From assembly GCA_003521625.1 (NCBI GenBank), contig DPHV01000022.1:6926-70925 (forward strand): a DNA stretch of 64,000 bases, in the 5' to 3' direction. The notes beneath the pieces are model-generated. The model was not told where the DNA came from and searched no databases. It worked only from the letters and a program-made list of their open reading frames with translations. Position 1 is the first letter of the stretch. Each line of letters begins with the position of its first letter. Positions 1-10,278 of the stretch are shown here, piece by piece. A program made the translations under genes and the position numbers. This DNA is from Ruminococcus sp. (GTDB taxonomy: Bacteria; Bacillota; Clostridia; Oscillospirales; Acutalibacteraceae).

Positions 1-1194
1 CGGATTGCCGGTTAAGGAATATATAATCATCATAATCTGAATATAAAGCGAGAAGAAAGACATATATCTTCCGTCACGGTCATTACGGAATTTCCTGATT
101 GAATTGACAGTATAAACAAATGCGGCAATAACAAATAACAGGAAAATCGCACTTCCGACAGCTCCCATTTCGGACATTACCTGCAAATAGCAGTTGTGAC
201 CGTTAGCGAACCACTTATTGTCGGCTACTCTCAGACCGTGTTCAAAGGCGTATTGGTTATACGAACCCATTCCTGCACCGAATATCGGAAATTCAGCTAT
301 CATCATAGTCATATATACCCACAGAGAATCTCTGTTGCCCAGAGATTCGATATTTTCCTTATCTAAAAAACGTTCAAAAATATTTGCCGCCTTTGGAATA
401 AACATCATAATTACAAACAACACACAAACAGCAATAATTATAACACTTATTGTTTTAAATGTTTTGCCTCTTAAATCTGACAGCAACATAAAAACTGCAA
501 ATGCTGCAATTGCAATTATGAAAAGAGTTCGTTTTCCGGTCAGCATAAGTGCGACAAGAAAAACCAGAAGCATAAATAAGTCTTTTTTTTCAAGCTTTCC
601 GTCAGAAAAATATTTTGCTAACAAAATTGCCGTTCCGACATTCATTATGTATGCCGCTTCTGCTTTTTCTCTTGCAAATCCCGAATATGATCCGACAGCA
701 AGCTCGTTGCTTATAAATCTTGTTATTTCGCCGGAGTGCGTCGGGTTTACTATGAACCAAAAGTAATTTAACATACAATTCGGAATAACGGCGCTTACAA
801 TAATTGAAAAAGCTACTACAGTACATACAACATAAAAAATTGTCAGAATTTTCAGAAAGTAAGCACGGGGCATATCAATAAACAACAGGGTAAAGGCGCA
901 GGCGTAAAGAATAAAAAGCCGTATTGTTGACTGCGGGTCATAAGAGTAAATAATTGATATTCCTATATAGGCTAAAAGAATGAAAAAAACAGATGATATG
1001 AAGTTGAATTTTATCTTGATGTCGGAAAAAACAAAAACCAATACAAAAAATATAGCTACAGCATAAATCAGCGGTTGTCTCATATTATAGGGAAGCGGGC
1101 TGGCACCGGTAACGCAAATTATCGGCAATGCAACTACAAGGAATATCTGCCATATGTTTTTTAAGGTTAAATCTTTTAAATTAAATTTTTTCAC
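1..1194 (-). CDS. O-antigen ligase/Wzy-type polysaccharide polymerase (partial, runs off left edge)
   Basis: Not in the ORF track. Read by hand from GTG at 1194 (MKKFNLKDLTLKNIWQIFLVVALPIIC...); very hydrophobic; in-frame GHNCYLQ motif near 181-200, typical of Wzy_C; lies in a capsule locus. Confidence 0.75.
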   Translation of the reverse strand, partial: MKKFNLKDLTLKNIWQIFLVVALPIICVTGASPLPYNMRQPLIYAVAIFFVLVFVFSDIKIKFNFISSVFFILLAYIGISIIYSYDPQSTIRLFILYACAFTLLFIDMPRAYFLKILTIFYVVCTVVAFSIIVSAVIPNCMLNYFWFIVNPTHSGEITRFISNELAVGSYSGFAREKAEAAYIMNVGTAILLAKYFSDGKLEKKDLFMLLVFLVALMLTGKRTLFIIAIAAFAVFMLLSDLRGKTFKTISVIIIAVCVLFVIMMFIPKAANIFERFLDKENIESLGNRDSLWVYMTMMIAEFPIFGAGMGSYNQYAFEHGLRVADNKWFANGHNCYLQVMSEMGAVGSAIFLLFVIAAFVYTVNSIRKFRNDRDGRYMSFFSLYIQIMMIIYSLTGNP

Positions 1195-1209
1195 AAAATA
1201 TCACCGTAA

Positions 1210-2181
1210 TTAGTATTTATCAAAATATTTTATCATAAAAAAGAAAAGCGGTTTACTTGTTCTGAGCGTAAAAAAGCGGATAAGGTCTTTTTTTGAAAGA
1301 TATTTTTTTGCGATTTTCTTGTCAAAGCTTTTCACGTAATTAACTAATTCATCTGCTTTGCTTCTGAATTTGTCAAGACCGTTGCGCATATACATCAGCT
1401 TATAAATACGCAGTACGGTTATAAGCTTGTTGCAGTCAGCGTTTTCCGAAAGTGCTGGATGAGTTTCTTTCGTTATTTCAGATATTTTATCGGCGAGGTA
1501 AACACAGTCAAAATATTTTTCGGAAAATTCAGTGATTGAAGACGAGCCTGCCCGACGGTAGTAGGTATATTTCGGCTCGCTTTTTATACTGAATTTTTCA
1601 GCATTAAGAGCCGCCGAAAAGCAGTAGAATTTATCCTCGTTTGTTTTGCGGTTTTCAGGAAACCTGACGTCACTGCAAATATCGGCACGGAACAGCTTGG
1701 TGTAGGTCGCCATATTAACGCTTCCCTTCAGGAAGTCGGCAAGAAAGCTTTCTTTGTCATTCCAGATTTTATGCTCTCCTGTAGTGGTGTCACGAACCTC
1801 TCCGTTTTCAAAGACAATTCTTACGTCGCACATTGCAATGTCGGCGTTGTCGCTTACCGCAATGTTATAGAGAAATTCAAACATATCCTCATCTGCGGTA
1901 TCGTCTCCGTCACAAAAGCCGATATAGTCACCGTCGGCTATCTGTATTCCGGCATTTCTTGCGGAAGAAACACCCTTGTTTGGCTGATGAATAACCTTTA
2001 TTCTGCTGTCCTTTTTTGCTAAACTGTCACATATCTGAGGACTGTTGTCTGTTGAACCGTCGTCAATTAGTATAATTTCAATATTTTTATATGTTTGATT
2101 AATAAGACTTTCAATGGATTTCTCAAGATATTTTTCAATATTATATACAGGAACGATTATTGAGATTTTTGCATCGTTCAT
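1210..2181 (-). CDS. Glycosyltransferase family 2
   Basis: ISIIVPVYN, DDGSTD, GVSSARNAG, FCDGDD motifs. Confidence 0.93.
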   Translation of the reverse strand: MNDAKISIIVPVYNIEKYLEKSIESLINQTYKNIEIILIDDGSTDNSPQICDSLAKKDSRIKVIHQPNKGVSSARNAGIQIADGDYIGFCDGDDTADEDMFEFLYNIAVSDNADIAMCDVRIVFENGEVRDTTTGEHKIWNDKESFLADFLKGSVNMATYTKLFRADICSDVRFPENRKTNEDKFYCFSAALNAEKFSIKSEPKYTYYRRAGSSSITEFSEKYFDCVYLADKISEITKETHPALSENADCNKLITVLRIYKLMYMRNGLDKFRSKADELVNYVKSFDKKIAKKYLSKKDLIRFFTLRTSKPLFFFMIKYFDKY

Positions 2182-2193
2182 ATGTAATCCTCC

Positions 2194-3390
2194 TCAATGC
2201 TTCTTTAGCTTTTTAATTTGCTTAAGCATACCTGTTTTATAAAGAATACCTTTGAATTTTCCGAATATTTTTCGGCTTGCTTTTACGGGAATAAGCTCTT
2301 TAACAATGCGGTCAAGAGGTACTCCGCTGTTCAGCATTTCAAAATACTGACTGCGTTTCGGGTGAACGTCGGGATTTTTAACAGCCATAAAGCCGTCGTT
2401 TTTTATCAGAGTGTCTACATCGGCTTTGTGCATTATCAGTTTTTTGCTTACATCCTTAAGCATCCTGCTGCCATTTTCGCTCTGAACAATTACAGCCGTG
2501 TAGCCCTTGTCATCGTCGGCAAGGTCGGGAACATATCTTGTAATATTCCAGCAGTCGAAAACAGTTAAATCAGAAACACGCTTTACTTTTCGGAATGCGC
2601 AGTCGTTACACGAGGGACGTGAGCATACGCCGTCAAAAAAGCTCTTGAGCATATAATCGGTTTTTGTGTTTTCAATGCTTTTCTTGCCGTTTGCAAACCG
2701 CAGAGTAAGATTTGCACTGTGGTATCCATAGGTTTTTTCCCTGAAATTCGCATATGTGATTTCCGAATTATATTTCTTGGTTTTAAGCTCCTTGTATTTT
2801 TTCCATACAAGCGGAGAAGGAACAGCACGGCAGACAAAATCAACCGTAAAAAGCTTTTCGTACGGTTTTTTCAGGTATTTCAGAAGTCCCTCAACCTGAC
2901 AGGGTGTACCCGTAAACATAACGTATCTTCCGTCGTCAAGACTCTTTTTTACTCGCTTAAAGGTATCGGTTAAATCGCTCTGAACATATTTTGAACTGCG
3001 GAATATTTTAAGGTCCTCGGTTTTTTCTGCGCTCATATGCTTAACTTCAAAGTTTTTGTCAAAAGCACCACCGAAGATTATTCCGTTTTTGCTTAAAATT
3101 TCCTCGCAAAATGCAGTAACAGCTCCACCGGAGGTGCTGTTTTTTACAATATCAGGATTTGTATTGCGTACAATATATGCCTTTTCGGGCAGTTCTTCAT
3201 TTTTTTCCGAGTTGATTACAGGGCAGACCTTTTCGCATACGCCGCAGTCAATGCACAGCTTGATGTCAATTTTCGGATACTTAAATCCTTCGCTGTCGCA
3301 TACCATAGATATGCAGTTCTTCGGGCAGGCACTTGCACAGGCAGTACAGCCGCAACAGTCCTTCTTATTGTTTTCCGTAATATTAATCAT
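2194..3390 (-). CDS. 4Fe-4S / coenzyme F420 hydrogenase beta-subunit-like protein of polysaccharide loci
   Basis: Two ferredoxin motifs (CCGCTACASACP, CIDCGVCEKVCP), STSGG, SKYVQS, GTPCQ, RPSC..C; next to pyruvyl transferase; start 3390 or 3414. Confidence 0.85.
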   Translation of the reverse strand: MINITENNKKDCCGCTACASACPKNCISMVCDSEGFKYPKIDIKLCIDCGVCEKVCPVINSEKNEELPEKAYIVRNTNPDIVKNSTSGGAVTAFCEEILSKNGIIFGGAFDKNFEVKHMSAEKTEDLKIFRSSKYVQSDLTDTFKRVKKSLDDGRYVMFTGTPCQVEGLLKYLKKPYEKLFTVDFVCRAVPSPLVWKKYKELKTKKYNSEITYANFREKTYGYHSANLTLRFANGKKSIENTKTDYMLKSFFDGVCSRPSCNDCAFRKVKRVSDLTVFDCWNITRYVPDLADDDKGYTAVIVQSENGSRMLKDVSKKLIMHKADVDTLIKNDGFMAVKNPDVHPKRSQYFEMLNSGVPLDRIVKELIPVKASRKIFGKFKGILYKTGMLKQIKKLKKH

Positions 3391-3401
3391 CTTATCACCG
3401 T

Positions 3402-4562
3402 TTATTTTAAGCACTCAAGAGCCTTGTCAAGAAAAGCCTTTGAGCTGTTTCTGTGTTCGTTGACTTTTTCAAGAACAGACGGATAGTCAATTCTGCTTTC
3501 AACGGCAAAAATATCACCGCCGTATCTGCGTTCGGAAAGTCCGTAATTTGCGCAGAAGCTGTCAATTCTTGAATTTTTTGACGAAACAGAGTTGTCTGAA
3601 TATCTGTTGAAAACCATAAATTGCTTTTGGTATATAACCGAGAATACAGAGCCGTGGAATGAATCGGTGAACACATACTCGGCGTTGCGAATCAGGTTTA
3701 CAAATTCGGCAGGACCTATGTCAAAGGGAGTGTAGTCGCCAAAGCCCTCGTCAGCCTTGTTGTAGCTGTCCATATGAGGCTCGGTTACAATTTTAAGGTC
3801 TTTTTTCTTTGCAAATTCCGTAACAGCCTGACGGTATTCGGGAGTTTTGCCGAGAAAATAAGCAAATATATACGGCTCGTCATAAAGACGCTTGTTCGGA
3901 ATTTCCTCAAGCCATTGCTTGTCGTCAAGCAAAAGCACAGGGTCAACAACAACCTCGGCGTTGTTTGAGCTTACTGATTCAACAATCTTTTTTCCGCTGT
4001 TTTCTCTTACGCTTATAAAATTGAGCCTGTCGAGGAAGGTTTTGTAAATTTTTTGGTATTTCGGCTTTATCTGAGCAACGCCGAAGCTTGTTGCATACGA
4101 GATTTTAACTGTATTATTATCGGCAAACATAAGATTGTAAAAGTTTGAGTTGATTCCGCTGGGCGACCATAGCTGGTCACTGCCCACCATAACGGCAGTG
4201 TATTTTTTGGACTGCTCCTGCAAGCTTTCATAGCCGTAATAAACGGGAGAAAGATTTTTAAATCTTTCCTGCGAAAATTTGTCAAATGCGTTACTGCGGA
4301 TTTCATTGTCACTTTTCAGCTGTTTATGAAATTTCATCATAATTTTCTTCTGATAATTTTCAATTATCCTGTCGTTTATAAAAACGGGGTCAAACAGCTT
4401 GGGAAGATATTTCATCAAAAGCTGAGGAGTGATTTTCTTTTTGTATCTTATAATTTCAAAGTCAATGTTTCTTCTTTTCAGCTCTGCTGTTGTGGCGTAG
4501 CTCTGGAGCTGACTGCCGTAGTTTTTGTGATTATAACATACACATATGCCCAATTTTTTCAT
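3402..4562 (-). CDS. Polysaccharide pyruvyl transferase family protein
   Basis: NYGSQLQ, VGSDQLW, ISVRE, DPVLL, TDSFHG motifs; start moved to MKKLG (ATG at 4562). Confidence 0.9.
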   Translation of the reverse strand: MKKLGICVCYNHKNYGSQLQSYATTAELKRRNIDFEIIRYKKKITPQLLMKYLPKLFDPVFINDRIIENYQKKIMMKFHKQLKSDNEIRSNAFDKFSQERFKNLSPVYYGYESLQEQSKKYTAVMVGSDQLWSPSGINSNFYNLMFADNNTVKISYATSFGVAQIKPKYQKIYKTFLDRLNFISVRENSGKKIVESVSSNNAEVVVDPVLLLDDKQWLEEIPNKRLYDEPYIFAYFLGKTPEYRQAVTEFAKKKDLKIVTEPHMDSYNKADEGFGDYTPFDIGPAEFVNLIRNAEYVFTDSFHGSVFSVIYQKQFMVFNRYSDNSVSSKNSRIDSFCANYGLSERRYGGDIFAVESRIDYPSVLEKVNEHRNSSKAFLDKALECLK

Positions 4563-4566
4563 AATA

Positions 4567-5817
4567 TCAATCTTTCTTATTTTTGTGTTTGTCAATAAGC
4601 TGTTTGTATAGCTCGGTGAGCTTTTCAACATATTTTTCGGGATTAAAGTCGGATTTTGCCGCATTAACGGCATTAATTCCCATCTGACGGTATTCATCAT
4701 CTGAGAGTGCGCAAACCTTTTCAATGCAGTTTTTAAGGTCGTCACTGTCAAACGGCTTGCATATAAAGCCTGTTTTGCCGTCGCTGACGATTTCGGGAAG
4801 TCCGCCGTAGTTGCTTACGATTACGGGCTTGCCCTGCGACATAGCTTCCATAATTGCATACGGTCCGTTTTCGTACCACTCGCTCGGCAGGATAATGCAC
4901 TTTGCCTCGGCAACGTATTTTTTCAGCTCATCGCCCGACTTGAAGCCGAGCATTTTTATTCTGTTTCCGAGCATTTTGTCGTCGATATACGCCTTTACCT
5001 CGTCCTCAACGGGACCTGTACCGAGAATAAAAAGAGGAATGTCGCTGTCAAGCTTTTCAACCGCCTTTACGAGCGTAAGCACGCCCTTTTCCTCGGAAAT
5101 TCTGCCGAAGTAGAGAAGATAACCCTTGTCGGGATTGTCCGAATTGTAGACCGTGTCAACAGGCAGAAAGTTTTTCATATGTATGATTTCGGAATGAATG
5201 ATTCCCGATTCTTCGAGCTTTTTCTTGTAAAAAGCCGACGGAGTAATAAACAAATCAATGTCGTCGTAAATCTTCATTCGCTTATAGTTGATTGCCTCAA
5301 TTGCGGCAAGCGCACTTTTTGCCGTTGAGCCTTTGACGCACTTTTTCTTTATGCAGTTTGAGTATTTTCCGTGCAGGCAAAGCTCGCACACCTTGCCGTT
5401 GGAGAGCATTTCGTGATTCGGGCAAACGCAGTTGAGGTCGTGAATTGTAAATACAATCGGTATGTTGTATTTTCTGATTGCACGCACAATCGAAAGCGTT
5501 ATGTGACGGTGCACAAGGTTGATGTGTACAACGTCGGGACGCTCCTGCTCAATCAGTGCGGAAATGCACTTTTTAGCCTCGAAGGAGTACAGCACACGAA
5601 AGCCTGCCTTAACCTTCTGCATTTTTGAAATATCTCCGTTGAAGTCAACGTTGCTGACAAAGTACTTTTCCTGCTCGCAGGGGCGGTTGTTTTCGTCAGC
5701 CATAGCAAAGTAAATTACCTCGTGACCGTGAGCTTGCAACAGCTTTGCAAGACCGAAATAGTAGGTTTCACTGCCGCCCTTGACGTAGTGATATTTATTT
5801 ACAAGTAAAATTTTCAT
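4567..5817 (-). CDS. Glycosyltransferase family 4
   Basis: GGSE N-terminus, YFGRISEEKG, PSEWYENGPYAIMEAM, GGLPE. Confidence 0.92.
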   Translation of the reverse strand: MKILLVNKYHYVKGGSETYYFGLAKLLQAHGHEVIYFAMADENNRPCEQEKYFVSNVDFNGDISKMQKVKAGFRVLYSFEAKKCISALIEQERPDVVHINLVHRHITLSIVRAIRKYNIPIVFTIHDLNCVCPNHEMLSNGKVCELCLHGKYSNCIKKKCVKGSTAKSALAAIEAINYKRMKIYDDIDLFITPSAFYKKKLEESGIIHSEIIHMKNFLPVDTVYNSDNPDKGYLLYFGRISEEKGVLTLVKAVEKLDSDIPLFILGTGPVEDEVKAYIDDKMLGNRIKMLGFKSGDELKKYVAEAKCIILPSEWYENGPYAIMEAMSQGKPVIVSNYGGLPEIVSDGKTGFICKPFDSDDLKNCIEKVCALSDDEYRQMGINAVNAAKSDFNPEKYVEKLTELYKQLIDKHKNKKD

Positions 5818-6821
5818 TTTTTACCTTTGCCTTTCAGTGAACGCACCATAGGATAAAGCTTTGAGTGTACAAGCGAAATCACCGCAATCATCAGGCCTTT
5901 CGGCATAATGTTGCAGACCGACGTCATCAGCTTTTTGCTCTTTTTTCTGTCGTCGGGATACTGCGGAAAGTCCTTCCAAGGCGACATTTCCTTGTATTTT
6001 AAATAATCGCCGACAAACGGGTGATTGTTTTTTTCGTTCCAGGGGCGTGTTCCCGACAAAAAGCAGGATGTGTAGTGGATAATGTATGGGTCAGTAACTG
6101 CCTCGTTGTACTCCTGCTCGCTTAAATGATGCTCGGGCTTTCTCACCTTCATCAAATCCTTGAAGTTAAAATCAAAGAAAACCGTCATTGCGTCATACTT
6201 AGTGTGAATCACCTTTACAAGTCCCCTCTTTGAGAGAACGCCGTTTAAAACGCCCTGGTCAACGTAGGTGATGTCGCCGTTGTGGGCGATGATAAATTCA
6301 AGAAAATCCTTTTCAACATTTAGCTCACGCCAGCTTTTTAAATCAATAAGCAGAACGCCGTTGTTTGTGTAGGTGCTGTCCGGAGTAAGTCCAAGCTCGG
6401 TTTTGTAGCGGTCGCTTCGGCAGTCATCAACTGCTCCGACAACAGCCTTGCCCAAGTCCATATTCCACAATTCTGAAAGGGAGTGGCGGATTACCGTATC
6501 ACAGTCAAGGTAAATACAGCGGTCAACGCTGTCGGGCAGAATAGTGCAGAGAAACAGCCTGAAAAAAGTGCTGATGTTCCACCTGCCGACTTCAATCTCA
6601 ACGCCTGCCTGCTTGTTTAAATCAGGCTGGGGAATGAAGATAATCTTTCTGCCGTACTGCTCTGTCATATCCGAAAAACGCTTTTTGTTTTCGTCTGATA
6701 TGTTGTTGTCAATCATATAGATGTTGATTTCGTCAGCGTCCTTGTTGTTGTAAAGCAGTGAGCATATCGACACGCCCGCAATAGGCGAATAGCTGTCAGA
6801 GCTTGAATATACTACGTTCAT
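5814..6821 (-). CDS. Glycosyltransferase family 8
   Basis: YLDCD (DxD), NNGVLLIDL, DQGVLN, IIHY...RPW. Confidence 0.9.
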   Translation of the reverse strand: MNVVYSSSDSYSPIAGVSICSLLYNNKDADEINIYMIDNNISDENKKRFSDMTEQYGRKIIFIPQPDLNKQAGVEIEVGRWNISTFFRLFLCTILPDSVDRCIYLDCDTVIRHSLSELWNMDLGKAVVGAVDDCRSDRYKTELGLTPDSTYTNNGVLLIDLKSWRELNVEKDFLEFIIAHNGDITYVDQGVLNGVLSKRGLVKVIHTKYDAMTVFFDFNFKDLMKVRKPEHHLSEQEYNEAVTDPYIIHYTSCFLSGTRPWNEKNNHPFVGDYLKYKEMSPWKDFPQYPDDRKKSKKLMTSVCNIMPKGLMIAVISLVHSKLYPMVRSLKGKGKK

Positions 6822-6860
6822 ATACCCTCCGAAGTTTTAATAACCCATAATACCTTATTT

Positions 6861-7430
6861 TTACAGATACTTTTCCTGAAATTCCTTAAACGACTGCAAA
6901 TTTTTGTCCTTGTCGGCGAGAATAAGATTCTCGATTCCGCCGATTTCCTCAAACGGCCACTCAACGCCCAAATCGGGGTCGTTGTACATAATGCCGTCGT
7001 CGTATTCGCCGTAGAATTTTTCACCGCATTTGTACGAAACAACCGACGGCTCAAGCACAAGATAACCGTGAGCAAAATGCTCGGGAACGTAAAGCTCGTT
7101 CATATTTTCCTCGGAAAGATAGAATCCCTGCCACTTTTTGAATGTGGGCGAGTCGGGGCGTAAGTCGACAATTACGTCAAAAACCTTGCCCTTTACACAT
7201 CTTACAAGCTTTGCCTGCTCGTGAACACGCTGGAAGTGGAGCGCACGGATTACGCCCTTGTGCGATACGGTGTAGAAAACCTCTGCAAGGTTGTGTTCAA
7301 GACCGTTAGCCTCGAAAACCTCTTTGGAGTAATCCTTGATAAACGCACCTCTTACGTCGGTTGCACAGAACGGTTTGATGAGGAATGCGCCGTCAAAATC
7401 GGTTTTGCAAAATTCAAATTTTTGTATCAT
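6861..7430 (-). CDS. NDP-4-keto-6-deoxyhexose 3,5-epimerase (RmlC/RfbC family)
   Basis: DVRGAF, GVIRALHFQ, QAKLVRC, VDLRPDSPTF, FAHGY; start moved to MIQKF. Confidence 0.88.
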   Translation of the reverse strand: MIQKFEFCKTDFDGAFLIKPFCATDVRGAFIKDYSKEVFEANGLEHNLAEVFYTVSHKGVIRALHFQRVHEQAKLVRCVKGKVFDVIVDLRPDSPTFKKWQGFYLSEENMNELYVPEHFAHGYLVLEPSVVSYKCGEKFYGEYDDGIMYNDPDLGVEWPFEEIGGIENLILADKDKNLQSFKEFQEKYL

Positions 7431-7484
7431 AAAATCTTCTCCTTTAAATACGACGAAAAGGGCGAACATTGTCCGCCCTTATTT

Positions 7485-8405
7485 TCATTCAACGGATTTA
7501 AGCCATTTCATCGTCAGCTTTGTGCCCTCGGCAAACGAAACTGACGGCTTGAAATGACAATCGGTTTCAATGTCGGTTGTGTCAAATGCATCAAGCGGCA
7601 TATTCACTCCCGTAAACGGCACGTCGCCGAAAATCGGCTCTGCATCCGGCGCAAGAGATTGCTGCATCTCAAGAATAAACTCCTTGAGCGGTCTTGCGTT
7701 TCCGCTTCCGATTGTGTATTCCTTGTTTGCAATTCCGTATTCGCCGATTGCGGCAAATGCCTTTGCAACGTCGGTAATATAGATAAAATCGTAGTTCTGA
7801 GTAGCCGCAGTGAATTGCAGCGGCTCGCCTGCGATAATTTTTCTGATTGTCGAGTTTACAAACCTCGGTGAAAGCTCGCCGACTCCGTAGGTGTTTGTGA
7901 TTACCGCCCAGCAGAGGTCAATGTCAAGCGAGTTTGCAATCGGCTTGCAGATTGAACGTGCAATAAGCTTGCCTGCGCCGTAAATATACGGCAAACCCGG
8001 TTTGCTTTCCTGCGTGTAAACTGCGGTGTAGGTTTCCTTTTCCATAATCGAGCCTGCGTTTACAAACTTCTTGCACTTCATTTTGTCGGCTGTACGCAGA
8101 GCCTTTGCAGTCCACAGAGCGTTCTGTAGCTGAATTTCCTCGTCACAGCGCATAGGACCTGCCGAGCCTACCCACGCAAAGTGATAAAAAACATCAATAT
8201 CTCTGTCTGAAATTTTTTCTGACAAAGTTTCAATTTCGCCAAGCTCACAGTAAACGATTTCCACGTTTTCAAGCTCTTTTATGTTGTCGATATTTTCGTT
8301 TTCGTCCTTGATAATTGCAAAGATTTTAACTCCCCTTGAGTCAAGCTCCTTGCATACGTTTGAGCCGACAAAGCCGTTGGCACCCGTAATTATAACCTTA
8401 TTCAT
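7485..8405 (-). CDS. NAD-dependent epimerase/dehydratase family protein (probable nucleotide-sugar 4-reductase)
   Basis: ITGANGFVG Rossmann motif, YGAGK (YxxxK), YDFIYITD. Confidence 0.85.
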   Translation of the reverse strand: MNKVIITGANGFVGSNVCKELDSRGVKIFAIIKDENENIDNIKELENVEIVYCELGEIETLSEKISDRDIDVFYHFAWVGSAGPMRCDEEIQLQNALWTAKALRTADKMKCKKFVNAGSIMEKETYTAVYTQESKPGLPYIYGAGKLIARSICKPIANSLDIDLCWAVITNTYGVGELSPRFVNSTIRKIIAGEPLQFTAATQNYDFIYITDVAKAFAAIGEYGIANKEYTIGSGNARPLKEFILEMQQSLAPDAEPIFGDVPFTGVNMPLDAFDTTDIETDCHFKPSVSFAEGTKLTMKWLKSVE

Positions 8406-8417
8406 AATAACACCACT

Positions 8418-9473
8418 TTAAATACTGCAACTTAAAAATTCATCTATCTGTTCGTCCATACATTTGCGAACGTCGCCTTTTTCAAGCCACACCTGCGACC
8501 ATTCAACCGTTTTTTCAACAGCGTCGGTAACGTGCCAGTGCGGTTTCCAGCCGAAAACGGACTTGAGCTTTGAACAGTCAAGCTTTAAAAAATTCGCCTC
8601 GTGAACGGCATTTTCTTCGCTTCTGTCAACACGCTTGATTTTTCCGTCTGTGTATTTTACAAACAAATCCACAAGCTCACCCGTTGTTACGCAGTCGCAC
8701 TCGTCGGGACCTACGTTGTAGTAGTCTGCAAATTTAATGTCCTCATACTGCGCCCTTGCTATCATAAGGTACGCATAGAGCGGCTCTAAAACGTGCTGAT
8801 ACGGACGTGTGGAGTACGGATTTCTCACCACAATATCCTCGCCCTTTTCAAGCGCACGAACGCAGTCGGGAATGATTCTGTCGTTTGCAAAATCTCCGCC
8901 GCCGATTACGTTGCCTGCTCTTGCGGTGGAAATTGCCACCCTGCCGTCCGAAAAAAATGAATTTCTGTAGCTGTGGGTTACAAGTTCCGAACAGCTTTTG
9001 CTGTTCGAGTACGGGTCAAAGCCGTCGAGCGGTTCGTTTTCTCTGTAGCCCCACTGCCACTCTTTATTTTCATATACCTTGTCGGTTGTAACGTTGAGGA
9101 ACGACTTTACACAATCAGACTGTCTTACACATTCAAGAATGTTCACCGTTCCCATAACGTTTGTTTCATATGTATATGCAGGCATTTTGTAGCTGTCACG
9201 CACAATCGGCTGTGCCGCAAGGTGCAGGACAATTTCGGGCTTTGCCTCGTCAAATGCCTTTTTCAGCGAATCGTAATCACGTATATCGCCGATAACAGAT
9301 TTTATGTCAGCGCCGATATTTGCCGCATCAAAAAGATTTGGGGTTGTCGGAGGGGTGAGCGAATAGCCCGTAACCTCTGCGCCCCAATTTGATAAAATCT
9401 TACAAAGCCAGCTTCCCTTGAAGCCGGTATGTCCCGTAATAAAAACTCGTTTTCCTCTATAAAAGCTTTGCAT
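8418..9473 (-). CDS. rfbG: CDP-glucose 4,6-dehydratase
   Basis: TGHTGFKGSWL, HLAAQP, TTDKVY, DPYSNSK, RAGNVIGGGD, RPYQHVLEPL; start at MQSFY. Confidence 0.95.
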   Translation of the reverse strand: MQSFYRGKRVFITGHTGFKGSWLCKILSNWGAEVTGYSLTPPTTPNLFDAANIGADIKSVIGDIRDYDSLKKAFDEAKPEIVLHLAAQPIVRDSYKMPAYTYETNVMGTVNILECVRQSDCVKSFLNVTTDKVYENKEWQWGYRENEPLDGFDPYSNSKSCSELVTHSYRNSFFSDGRVAISTARAGNVIGGGDFANDRIIPDCVRALEKGEDIVVRNPYSTRPYQHVLEPLYAYLMIARAQYEDIKFADYYNVGPDECDCVTTGELVDLFVKYTDGKIKRVDRSEENAVHEANFLKLDCSKLKSVFGWKPHWHVTDAVEKTVEWSQVWLEKGDVRKCMDEQIDEFLSCSI

Positions 9474-10252
9474 CAGTCGTTCCACACCTTCCAGGGAGCC
9501 TTGTTTTCTGCCCACAGCTTTTCAAGCTTTTCCTTGTCACGCAGGGTGTCCATACACTGCCAGAAGCCGTTGTGCTTGTAGCACATAAGCTGATTTTCTT
9601 CGGCAAGTTTTTCCATAGGCTCACGCTCAAACATTATGCTGTCGTCCTTGACGTAGTCGAGTACTTTCGGGGAAAGAACCATAAAGCCGGCGTTTATGTA
9701 GCCTGAGTCAACTGCGCTTTTTTCACGGAACGCCTTGACTTCGTCATTTTCGGACAAATCAAGCACTCCGAAACGGCTGTCGGGTTTTACTGCTGTCATT
9801 GTGGCAAGTCTGCCGTGACTTTTGTGAAAATCAAGCAGAGCGTTTATGTCAACGTCAGCCACGCCGTCGCCGTAGGTCATAAAGAACGGCTCGTCGCCGA
9901 TATAGTTTTTAACTCTTTTAAGTCTGCCGCCTGTCATTGTGTTGAGTCCCGTATCAACGACGGTGACCTTCCACTGCTCGGCACGCTTGTTGTGAACGAT
10001 AATTTTGTCGTCCTGTGTAAAATCAAAGGTAATGTCGGAGGTGTGCAGAAAATAATCAGCAAACCATTCCTTTATCACGTGCTGTTTATAGCCTGCACAT
10101 ATTACGAATTCATTTATTCCGTAAGCGGAGTAAAGCTTCATAATGTGCCAGATGATGGGCATTTCGCCGATTTCAATCATCGGCTTGGGTTTGAACTGCG
10201 ATTCTTCGGAAATTCTTGTTCCGAATCCGCCTGCAAGTATTACTGCTTTCAT
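9473..10252 (-). CDS. rfbF: Glucose-1-phosphate cytidylyltransferase
   Basis: MKAVILAGGFGTRISEES, KPKPMIEIG, TMTGGR, TYGDG, FWQCMDTLRD. Confidence 0.95.
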   Translation of the reverse strand: MKAVILAGGFGTRISEESQFKPKPMIEIGEMPIIWHIMKLYSAYGINEFVICAGYKQHVIKEWFADYFLHTSDITFDFTQDDKIIVHNKRAEQWKVTVVDTGLNTMTGGRLKRVKNYIGDEPFFMTYGDGVADVDINALLDFHKSHGRLATMTAVKPDSRFGVLDLSENDEVKAFREKSAVDSGYINAGFMVLSPKVLDYVKDDSIMFEREPMEKLAEENQLMCYKHNGFWQCMDTLRDKEKLEKLWAENKAPWKVWND

Positions 10253-10278
10253 CAGTTACCCTCCATAATACATCGCTG

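Noticed and set aside
218..766. 182 aa plus-strand ORF
   Set aside because: Antisense shadow of the Wzy-like gene
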